From a virus, in IMG/VR virus record IMGVR_UViG_3300020037_002115: 38,496 nt of DNA, one strand, 5' to 3'. This document shows, one piece after another, positions 1-6,104 of the stretch. The notes under the pieces were generated by a model, which was given only the letters and a program-made list of their open reading frames with translations, made no database searches and had not been told where the DNA came from. A program made the position numbers and the translations under genes. The first letter of the stretch is position 1. The number at the start of each line of letters is the position of its first letter.

Positions 1-121
1 TGAGGCCGCTTGGATTGCAGATACGGGTAGATTTTACGATGCGCTTGAAAAAGGAACCTTAAACGAGGTTGAGCCGATTCCTGACTCTGTTCGCATTAAT
101 TCTGACACTATCGTTGACGCA
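1..121. repeat. 121-bp direct terminal repeat, left copy (identical to 38376..38496)
   Basis: Read directly: bases 1-121 recur base-for-base at 38376-38496. An ORF reads through the junction, so it is most simply a circular or permuted-genome assembly overlap. Confidence 0.95.
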
Positions 122-160
122 TTTCCTTGGAAGCACAAATTACCGAAGGATCAAAAATGA
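2..160 (+). CDS. 3' part of the junction-spanning ORF (hypothetical phage protein, 110 aa once the ends are joined)
   Basis: Superimposing the two repeat copies continues the 38203 ORF in frame: ...TIVDA|FPWKHKLPKDQK, with TGA at 158-160. Confidence 0.7.
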   Translation, partial: EAAWIADTGRFYDALEKGTLNEVEPIPDSVRINSDTIVDAFPWKHKLPKDQK

Positions 161-399
161 ACGGAGCAATTTTAAGAGCTGGATTTGATAGGTCTAGGTC
201 TAAATCTTGGTCTTGGTCTAGGTCTAAATCTTGGTCTTGGTCTTGGTCTAAATCTTGGTCTTGGTCTTGGTCTAGGTTTAGGTCTAGGTCTGAGTCTTGG
301 TCTAGGTCTAGGTCTAGGTCTTGGTCTTGGTCTAAATCTTGGTCTTGGTCTGAGTCTTGGTCTAGGTCTAGGTCTAGGTCTGAGTCTAGGTCAATTTAA
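157..399 (+). CDS. dipeptide-repeat ORF, frame 1: MNGAILRAGFD followed by 34 x (R/W/K/E)-Ser (80 aa)
   Basis: ATG 157 overlaps the upstream TGA 158-160 as ATGA, the coupling signature of this operon. The stop at 397-399 is followed by SD GGGAGGGG and ATG 418. The body is the hexamer array. Coding status is uncertain (see findings). Confidence 0.4.
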   Translation: MNGAILRAGFDRSRSKSWSWSRSKSWSWSWSKSWSWSWSRFRSRSESWSRSRSRSWSWSKSWSWSESWSRSRSRSESRSI

Positions 400-421
400 G
401 AAATTAGTGGGAGGGGTATGA
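185..421 (+). CDS. alternative reading of the same array, frame 2: (Gly-Leu)n with a few Asn/Ser (78 aa)
   Basis: TTG start without a clear SD. Its TGA 419-421 overlaps ATG 418 as ATGA. Repeat-unit variation is largely synonymous in this frame. Confidence 0.25.
   Translation: MIGLGLNLGLGLGLNLGLGLGLNLGLGLGLGLGLGLSLGLGLGLGLGLGLNLGLGLSLGLGLGLGLSLGQFKKLVGGV
190..393. repeat. tandem hexamer array, 34 units of NNNTCT
   Basis: Counted directly: aggtct x11, tggtct x14, aaatct x4, gagtct x3, aggttt x1, aggtca x1. A 30-nt block gagtct-tggtct-(aggtct)3 recurs at 292 and 352. Confidence 0.97.
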
Positions 422-645
422 GTGAGTTTAGAATGTGTGGGTATTATTACGGATTTGAAGCTACGGGAGTTCCAGAGATAGATTTAATTCTATCCGCTAT
501 CGCCTGTGCTGGAAAATGTTACCACCATACTGAGGATTGGAATCAAGAAACCAGACTATACGATCACCTTGAGGGCAAAACGCCTATAGAATGGATACAA
601 AATGCAGCTAATAAAGCAGCAGACAAGTTTTCTAAGGAGGAGTGA
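418..645 (+). CDS. hypothetical early protein (75 aa)
   Basis: SD GGGAGGGG lies just upstream of the ATG. The stop overlaps the next ATG (ATGA). The C-terminus is AADKFSKEE. Confidence 0.7.
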   Translation: MSEFRMCGYYYGFEATGVPEIDLILSAIACAGKCYHHTEDWNQETRLYDHLEGKTPIEWIQNAANKAADKFSKEE

Positions 646-869
646 TGAGTGATATTAAAGCAAGCGACTACGAATCGGTTTATAGACATTACGACTATCC
701 ACCAGAGATGCGAAGAATTGCAGCTTTAAGAGTAAGGGGGCTAATGAAATTCAATTTAGTTCAAACACAGTCAATGGCTAGGCTTTTGGAGTCTGCGTAT
801 TTGCAGGGAATTGTCGATGCCGCAGAGAGTTTGCCGCAAGCAGCCGACAAGTTTTCGAGGGGGGAGTGA
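642..869 (+). CDS. hypothetical early protein (75 aa), same length and C-terminal motif as the preceding gene
   Basis: ATGA overlaps at both ends. The C-terminus AADKFSRGE matches the neighbour. A 33-nt junction is repeated (616-648 vs 840-872). Confidence 0.7.
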   Translation: MMSDIKASDYESVYRHYDYPPEMRRIAALRVRGLMKFNLVQTQSMARLLESAYLQGIVDAAESLPQAADKFSRGE

Positions 870-1054
870 TGAATCCAAAACTTGAAATACCTGTGCGAAT
901 CGGGCGACAAAACTATTTTCTCGGAATGATTTTACTCCACTGTTTAGGAGATTCCAGCGACAAAGTTCAATTTTGGTTTTATTTTTTTCTAGTAGGCTGG
1001 TTGCTAGGTTTAATTGTCACACTTGGATATGAATTGCAAAAGGAGCCAAAATGA
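866..1054 (+). CDS. small membrane protein (62 aa)
   Basis: ATGA coupling at both ends. It has a hydrophobic segment FWFYFFLVGWLLGLIVTLGY. Confidence 0.65.
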   Translation: MMNPKLEIPVRIGRQNYFLGMILLHCLGDSSDKVQFWFYFFLVGWLLGLIVTLGYELQKEPK

Positions 1055-1260
1055 CTAAGCGCAGGGGGAGGGAGTTTTGGTATGGTATTAAGTTTATGAA
1101 TAATTGTTTTTATGCGTTCGATACGCCTGGAATGACTCTAAGGGAGATGCAATCAGAGTTGTCGCGCCTTAAACGTGAAATGCCTTCAATGTATTGCAAT
1201 CCAACATCTAAAATTATCAAAGTCCGCGAAGTTAAACCCAAGCAACGGAGGAAGAAATGA
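1051..1260 (+). CDS. hypothetical basic protein (69 aa)
   Basis: ATGA coupling at both ends. Confidence 0.65.
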   Translation: MTKRRGREFWYGIKFMNNCFYAFDTPGMTLREMQSELSRLKREMPSMYCNPTSKIIKVREVKPKQRRKK

Positions 1261-1454
1261 CCACCGAAACTAACGACGACGACACAAACCCGATTAAAAT
1301 GGCAGAGCTTTTAATTAAGTGTATTGAGATGGATAAAAAGGAATTTGGTATGCATTTAGAGATGCTAGGCTGGACGCTTATGTTTTTAGGTTGCGAGACA
1401 GTGACACAATTAGGCGAAGCTATTTATCGCGCAAGATGCGAATGGGATTTATAA
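1257..1454 (+). CDS. hypothetical acidic protein (65 aa)
   Basis: ATGA-coupled start. The N-terminus is acidic (TETNDDDTN). Confidence 0.65.
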   Translation: MTTETNDDDTNPIKMAELLIKCIEMDKKEFGMHLEMLGWTLMFLGCETVTQLGEAIYRARCEWDL

Positions 1455-1468
1455 GGGAGCAGAACAAA

Positions 1469-1741
1469 ATGACTAGCGACACAAGAAAGAAGTTTGAGAG
1501 ATGGTGTATTGTTGACGCAAAAGGTGAACCAAAGGTAATGAGCAATAAAATAAAATATGCTGAAACTTTACTAGAAAGACGAACTCAAGCGGATAGAATA
1601 GTTGCATTAGTCGTTAGGGAATTACAACTACAGAGACTGTTTGATTATGACATTCTTGCTAAGAATCTTAATAAAATAATGCACTCGGATAAATATAAAG
1701 AAATATATAGTCAGCAATATCATAAAGGCAAAACAAAATGA
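1469..1741 (+). CDS. hypothetical protein (90 aa)
   Basis: I chose ATG 1469 with SD AAGGGAG 9 nt upstream. The track start at 1391 would overlap the previous gene. The stop overlaps the next ATG. Confidence 0.65.
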   Translation: MTSDTRKKFERWCIVDAKGEPKVMSNKIKYAETLLERRTQADRIVALVVRELQLQRLFDYDILAKNLNKIMHSDKYKEIYSQQYHKGKTK

Positions 1742-2040
1742 CTAGCGAAACCAAACCCAAGCAAAGCGATGTGGAGGTTGCTGCGGAAGATTTTGCTCAG
1801 AATCATAGCGAACTGATGCCAATTACTTCGCCTAAATGGACAAAGACTGATTTAGATTTAGCTGTTGAGAAAAGTAGTAAGTCGGGTTTTGAAGCCGGTG
1901 TCGCATGGCGCGATAGGTGGGTGTTGGAGCAAATTGACGCACTGTGCGAAAAGGAAAACAGAGAGCAGAACTATGTACATTATAAGCCTAGCGAAAGGTT
2001 TATCTATGACCTTAAGAAACTACTGGAGCCAACGTCATGA
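1738..2040 (+). CDS. hypothetical protein (100 aa)
   Basis: ATGA coupling at both ends. Its start region is identical over 17 nt to that of the 1469 gene. Confidence 0.7.
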   Translation: MTSETKPKQSDVEVAAEDFAQNHSELMPITSPKWTKTDLDLAVEKSSKSGFEAGVAWRDRWVLEQIDALCEKENREQNYVHYKPSERFIYDLKKLLEPTS

Positions 2041-2222
2041 GCAAAATATATAATTACTTTGTAAAACCTAAACGGATTCCTTGGCATATTAGGTTTTGCC
2101 TTTGGTTTTGTAAGCCAATATATAGTACCGATCCTGCTTATCCAATTTGTACCCTTGTGTTCAAGAGTTTTAGAGGAAAGTTATATTTTCTGAAGGAATT
2201 TACTTACAAGGAAAATTTATGA
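2037..2222 (+). CDS. hypothetical protein (61 aa)
   Basis: ATGA coupling at both ends. Confidence 0.55.
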   Translation: MSKIYNYFVKPKRIPWHIRFCLWFCKPIYSTDPAYPICTLVFKSFRGKLYFLKEFTYKENL

Positions 2223-2530
2223 GCGAGTCACCAATCACAGGCTGTCAGAAGTGCGGCCAAAATGTCACATCGTCAGGCGGTTGTCATTGTCGTGAAGATA
2301 AACCCATCCAAGCCCACAGCCTAAGCGAGTATAAGCGCCTTGATGCGATGGGGGTGGAGGTTGAGAAGCCTCACTGGACTATCTTAGATGCGCTCCAAGC
2401 GGCATATAAAAAGCATGTGAGGGGCGATGATTCTATCGGATGGGATGAGCTGGGCTTTAAGCTTTCTGATGCCCTGTGCAACCTTATGGGTAATGATGAA
2501 TTTATAAAATGGACTAAAGATGACAACTAA
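2219..2530 (+). CDS. hypothetical protein with an N-terminal Cys cluster (103 aa)
   Basis: The N-terminus contains CQKCGQ...GGCHC (CxxC...CxC). The start is ATGA-coupled. Confidence 0.7.
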   Translation: MSESPITGCQKCGQNVTSSGGCHCREDKPIQAHSLSEYKRLDAMGVEVEKPHWTILDALQAAYKKHVRGDDSIGWDELGFKLSDALCNLMGNDEFIKWTKDDN

Positions 2531-3074
2531 CCCCACAGCGCAGGACGATATGAAGCTGCTTAATTGTCCGTTTTGCGGCGGCGATTCGATAGCGCGAGTT
2601 CGGGACGGTAACACTTCAAGTATAAAGTGCTTGGATTGCCAGGCTAAAGTTTATAGAAACAGCCGGTCGGTTAAAGAATGGGCGCAAGCTTGTATGGATT
2701 GCGAAAATGCATGGAACACACGCGCCGCGCCGTCGGTAGCGCAGGGCGAGATGAAGGACGACGAAGTTAAATTTACAGTTTTTGCAGGAGAGCTATCTAC
2801 CCAAGATAATTTAAAGCACTTACATCCTGAGCTAGTTAATCAAATAGTTCAGCAGACTTGGTTAAAAGCAAAAGAATATTACCACCGCGCCGCGCCGTCT
2901 GTTGGGGAGGTGTTGGATGAAGCGTTAAAGTTAATGAAGGCTACGGCCTCAAAGTCTCATGCTGATTTAATGGAAGGCGATATGTCCGAATGGGAGAATG
3001 GTTTTATTCAAGGCATGAAAGACTTAATAGAACATACGGAAAAGCATATCATCGAAAGGCTCAAAAATGGATAG
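2520..3074 (+). CDS. Lar-family-like (restriction alleviation) zinc-ribbon protein with a C-terminal extension (184 aa)
   Basis: LLNCPFCGG...IKCLDCQA...AWNTRAAP resembles the Lar family signature as I recall it. The call rests on motif memory only. Confidence 0.5.
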   Translation: MTTNPTAQDDMKLLNCPFCGGDSIARVRDGNTSSIKCLDCQAKVYRNSRSVKEWAQACMDCENAWNTRAAPSVAQGEMKDDEVKFTVFAGELSTQDNLKHLHPELVNQIVQQTWLKAKEYYHRAAPSVGEVLDEALKLMKATASKSHADLMEGDMSEWENGFIQGMKDLIEHTEKHIIERLKNG

Positions 3075-3279
3075 CGAAAAGAAGGAGTTTGAGTTGAAAA
3101 CTTGGATATTAGAAAAATTAGCGGAAGATAACCACGCTTTTCAGGCTGGGCAACTTAGCGGTAGAGAAGAAGGCGCTCGCAAGATGGCAGAAGTTATTTT
3201 AGAGGAAGTTGAAAGGTCAGTATTGGCCGACAATTTAAAGAATTGGTTAAAACAAATAATTGCAAAGGTGGTGGGGTGA
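3067..3279 (+). CDS. hypothetical protein (70 aa)
   Basis: The ORF overlaps the upstream gene by 8 nt. Its stop is coupled to the next ATG (TGATG). Confidence 0.65.
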   Translation: MDSEKKEFELKTWILEKLAEDNHAFQAGQLSGREEGARKMAEVILEEVERSVLADNLKNWLKQIIAKVVG

Positions 3280-3383
3280 TGGAATATAATTTTACCGATT
3301 TCCAGATGGGAATAATTGTCACAGTGCAAGTTCTGTGTGTAATTGCATTTTTAGTGATTGCTTATACAGCGGTAAGAAAATAG
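3279..3383 (+). CDS. small single-pass membrane protein (34 aa)
   Basis: Hand-translated: MEYNFTDFQMGIIVTVQVLCVIAFLVIAYTAVRK. ATG 3279 overlaps the preceding TGA by 1 nt. Confidence 0.45.
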   Translation: MEYNFTDFQMGIIVTVQVLCVIAFLVIAYTAVRK

Positions 3384-3434
3384 GGCGGCGGCGATGGTTG
3401 AGGGGGCGATTTTAAATTTAGAAAAGGAAACAAA

Positions 3435-3875
3435 ATGAAAACAAAAATACTAGCAATACTTTTAACAGCAATAGCGCTTGGTTGGTTGATAGCAGGGGCA
3501 GAAGCTCAAGTCTCTGCTACCCAAGAAAATAATCTAACAGTAATCTGGAAAAATAAATGTCCAGACTTACCGCCTGAAGCTTTTCTTCCTGCAACCAATC
3601 TTGCTGAGTGGGATGCTTTAACTGTGCTTTGGAGTTGTCATAACCGCAGCCAAGGAGCACAGACTTCTGAAACTTTAAGGCAAATCAAACTAGCAATCAA
3701 AAACACAGGCTTTAAAAAGAAGATTACGGTTTATTCCATAGACCCTTACTGCACTAAGGATTATTGCGACTATGGCGCTAAGGTTATAAAAGGTAAGCTC
3801 TACTATGCTGCTGATGTTAATGGCTGTGCTCCTGCTCGAAGAACTTTAGAAAGAAAGTTGAGGAAACTAAAATGA
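3435..3875 (+). CDS. secreted Cys-containing protein (146 aa)
   Basis: It has a signal peptide MKTKILAILLTAIALGWLIAGAEA|QV and SD AAAGGAAA upstream. Confidence 0.75.
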   Translation: MKTKILAILLTAIALGWLIAGAEAQVSATQENNLTVIWKNKCPDLPPEAFLPATNLAEWDALTVLWSCHNRSQGAQTSETLRQIKLAIKNTGFKKKITVYSIDPYCTKDYCDYGAKVIKGKLYYAADVNGCAPARRTLERKLRKLK

Positions 3876-4066
3876 CCCGCCTAACTGCAAAACCACACAA
3901 GGACGGAGTTGAGCTTAAGCTTATATTGCAGGGCGAGAAGTTGCCAGAGCTGCCTGCACTAAAATACTCCGAGCGTGAGATTGAGATTGCAACTAAAGCT
4001 TGGACTCATGCCAAGTGTGGCAGTGAGAGTTTAGAGCAGTATTTGAAAAGGATAGGGGCTAAATGA
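3872..4066 (+). CDS. hypothetical protein (64 aa)
   Basis: ATGA coupling at both ends. Confidence 0.65.
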   Translation: MTRLTAKPHKDGVELKLILQGEKLPELPALKYSEREIEIATKAWTHAKCGSESLEQYLKRIGAK

Positions 4067-4185
4067 TTCACGTTTGGAATATATTTATATTCGCAGCTAC
4101 TTTTTATGTGGTTTTTTGGATGGGGCATTCTGGTTGGTGGTTTGTTATACCCATTGTTACATTCACAACTAGAAATTCAAAATGA
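4063..4185 (+). CDS. small membrane protein (40 aa)
   Basis: Hand-translated: MIHVWNIFIFAATFYVVFWMGHSGWWFVIPIVTFTTRNSK. ATGA coupling at both ends. Confidence 0.45.
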   Translation: MIHVWNIFIFAATFYVVFWMGHSGWWFVIPIVTFTTRNSK

Positions 4186-4277
4186 AACAATCAACCAAAG
4201 ACCTAGGCTGTTTATTGCTAATGCTGTTTGCCTTATGCAGCCTAACTATAGCTTTAATTTTGTGTGCGGCTAAATGA
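4182..4277 (+). CDS. small membrane protein (31 aa)
   Basis: Hand-translated: MKQSTKDLGCLLLMLFALCSLTIALILCAAK. ATGA coupling at both ends. Confidence 0.4.
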   Translation: MKQSTKDLGCLLLMLFALCSLTIALILCAAK

Positions 4278-4699
4278 AACACTTAATTTTCTTACTCTTA
4301 CTAACCGGCTGCTCCCTCCAGCGTGGCCCTAATCCAACACCGTCAACTTACTACAGCGTGAATATAATCAATAAGCCTTACTGTGCCGAGTCGCTTAAAG
4401 AGGCGCAGGATTATTTACTAAGTTACGGCATTGTGTTAGCAGAAAATCCGCAGTTACCTAAACACCTAGTTTGCTTACCAACCCCTAGCTGGTTCTTTCG
4501 TAACTTTAATTTAGCTTATGTTGCTGGCTTAACTGGAGGGGATGTTGCTGTAGTGACTGATGACCCTAAAGTGATATTACATGAGCTAGGCCATCTCTTT
4601 GGATTGAAACATAGCTGGCGTGGCTTAATGTTCCCAGTAGATACGCCTTTTGCTAAGGGGTTTAGTGAAGAAGATTTAGAGAGGTTGAGAAATGAATAA
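4274..4699 (+). CDS. lipoprotein zinc metalloprotease, metzincin-like (141 aa)
   Basis: It has a lipobox MKHLIFLLLLTG|C and a zinc motif HELGHLFGLKH (HExxHxxGxxH). A Met follows in RGLMFP. Confidence 0.7.
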   Translation: MKHLIFLLLLTGCSLQRGPNPTPSTYYSVNIINKPYCAESLKEAQDYLLSYGIVLAENPQLPKHLVCLPTPSWFFRNFNLAYVAGLTGGDVAVVTDDPKVILHELGHLFGLKHSWRGLMFPVDTPFAKGFSEEDLERLRNE

Positions 4700-4919
4700 A
4701 ATAATTAAGCGCTATTTAAGAAGATTAGCTTTCAAACTTTGTCCTGAGTTAAAAAATGAGATTAACAAGTTGCATTCAGAGTTAAGTGACGCTAAAAATT
4801 CAATGTTTGTTGTAGATACTAACTTTATGAAATTACACGGCAAAACTCCTGATTGGTATAATGCAATTCCAAAAATAGAATCGAAAGATTTTAAAATGCC
4901 CTATTCTTTCTTTTGGTAA
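4692..4919 (+). CDS. hypothetical protein (75 aa), last gene of the early block
   Basis: The ORF overlaps the upstream gene by 8 nt and converges on the minus-strand lysis genes. Confidence 0.6.
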   Translation: MNKIIKRYLRRLAFKLCPELKNEINKLHSELSDAKNSMFVVDTNFMKLHGKTPDWYNAIPKIESKDFKMPYSFFW

Positions 4920-4935
4920 AGCCTACCTCTCAGTC

Positions 4936-5151
4936 CTAGCGATACTTAGAAGCAAAAGCCGCTTGACCTACCCCAGCTAAACCTAACCAGCCAGCAACTT
5001 CAACACAGTACTGAGCTAGCGGAGCAGTTACAGGGAAATATGGGAATATCACAGCGCAACCAGCTAAAGTAGCTGCCAAGGTTCGCTTAATCCCTTTAGA
5101 TTTAAAAATATCCAAAACAGTAAAATCATTAATTGCGCTAAGTAGGCTCAT
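4936..5151 (-). CDS. two-TM membrane protein, holin candidate (71 aa)
   Basis: It has hydrophobic segments TLAATLAGCAVIFPYFPV and VAGWLGLAGVGQAAFA. It is the last gene of the late operon and is ATGA-coupled to the upstream gene. Confidence 0.4.
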   Translation of the reverse strand: MSLLSAINDFTVLDIFKSKGIKRTLAATLAGCAVIFPYFPVTAPLAQYCVEVAGWLGLAGVGQAAFASKYR

Positions 5152-6104
5152 CTGTAGCTCCCATCTCGGAACGTCGGATTGACTGTTCCATACTTGCCTA
5201 GCTTAACAGGAATTTGGGCTATCTCATAGCCCCATTTTGGGCAGTACCAACGACTACGGCCATTGTCAAATGGCCCGTAATATTTACAATCAGTATCTCC
5301 AACTTTAATTACTTTATCCTTACTAGGGCCTATGATAACTGGCTTTTCAGCTCTTGGGTCTCCATTTCCTTTATTTTCTGAATGACTTTTATATATCCAG
5401 TTTTTAGGTAACGAAGTTGCGCCCTTTGGTTTAGCTAGCGCCAACATGGATTTAATCATTTTACCGTCTGCATAACCTTTACGACTCGAACGAGGGGTAC
5501 TGTCCGTGTCTTCCCAGCGTCCGTTGTAACGAGGCGACCAGAACATAAAGAACTCGGTAAAGCCTTTGTTCTTCTGAGCTTCGATATTGATATCCTCAGA
5601 GGGCTTACCGTCAGAGCTATAGCTAGACTTAGAAGATTTAGGACCACCTTCGCCATGAGTCTCATTTATGTACTGCGGTAGTACGGCTCCTTTCCAGGGG
5701 GTGTTTACGTAGGTAGCTTGTGGACAAGCTAAAATAACGAGATTCGCTAATTTAGTTGCGGAGTTTAACGATAGATTATGTTCGCAGGCGCCGGAAAGGT
5801 AAAGCTTAGTTTTAGCAGCTAAAGGGCAAAAGCGTTTTGCTTGCTTAACCAATTCTGGAAAATCAGATTCTTTAAAATTATGATCGTCTTTCCAGCCGAG
5901 CTGAATTCTTAGGAATGGAACTCTACTTGCTAGTTGTTGTGCGAGCGGTAAAGAATCTCCGAATGTGGTAGCAAATAACCCTGCACCTTGAGAGTAATCG
6001 TGATTTGATAATATCTCTTTTTGAAATTTCGCGCCTCCGAGGTAGTCTTGCCCAAAAGGAACTAGAATAAATAGTGACAGTAGTAACTTAATCATTTTCC
6101 ACAC
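5148..6104 (-). CDS. exported protein, candidate lysis or glycan-degrading enzyme (318 aa)
   Basis: It has an N-terminal signal or anchor MWKMIKLLLSLFILVPFG. The motifs YINETHGEG and GFTEFFMFW loosely resemble clan GH-A acid/base and nucleophile motifs. No classical lysozyme or amidase motif was seen. Confidence 0.35.
   Translation of the reverse strand: MWKMIKLLLSLFILVPFGQDYLGGAKFQKEILSNHDYSQGAGLFATTFGDSLPLAQQLASRVPFLRIQLGWKDDHNFKESDFPELVKQAKRFCPLAAKTKLYLSGACEHNLSLNSATKLANLVILACPQATYVNTPWKGAVLPQYINETHGEGGPKSSKSSYSSDGKPSEDINIEAQKNKGFTEFFMFWSPRYNGRWEDTDSTPRSSRKGYADGKMIKSMLALAKPKGATSLPKNWIYKSHSENKGNGDPRAEKPVIIGPSKDKVIKVGDTDCKYYGPFDNGRSRWYCPKWGYEIAQIPVKLGKYGTVNPTFRDGSYR

Noticed and set aside
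1-121. The terminal repeat as a true T7-type DTR or as the LTR/IR of a mobile element
   Set aside because: A single ORF with a normal SD and start (38203) runs through the repeat and finishes at 160. Physical ends here would split the gene. The repeats are direct, not inverted, and no transposase or integrase is present. I cannot exclude a DTR without read data.
127-156. TTG 127 as the start of the repeat ORF, as in the track
   Set aside because: It lies inside the upstream junction-spanning gene. ATG 157 forms the ATGA overlap with that gene's stop, like the other genes in the operon.
190-393. Could the tandem array be a CRISPR array?
   Set aside because: The units are 6 bp and directly abutting, with no unique spacers. 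This is a microsatellite-like hexamer array, not repeat-spacer architecture.
1865-2053. Same-strand alternative-frame ORFs 1865-2053 and 37271-37492
   Set aside because: They are embedded out of frame in genes supported by ATGA coupling (1738-2040) or by complete ligase motifs (37204-37824).
2384-3329. Minus-strand ORFs 2384-2614 and 3141-3329 inside the early block, 32700-32885 inside the ATPase gene, and 5456-5665, 8945-9136 and 26972-27226 in alternative frames
   Set aside because: They are nested in, or antisense to, better-supported genes. None has translational signals or plausible composition.
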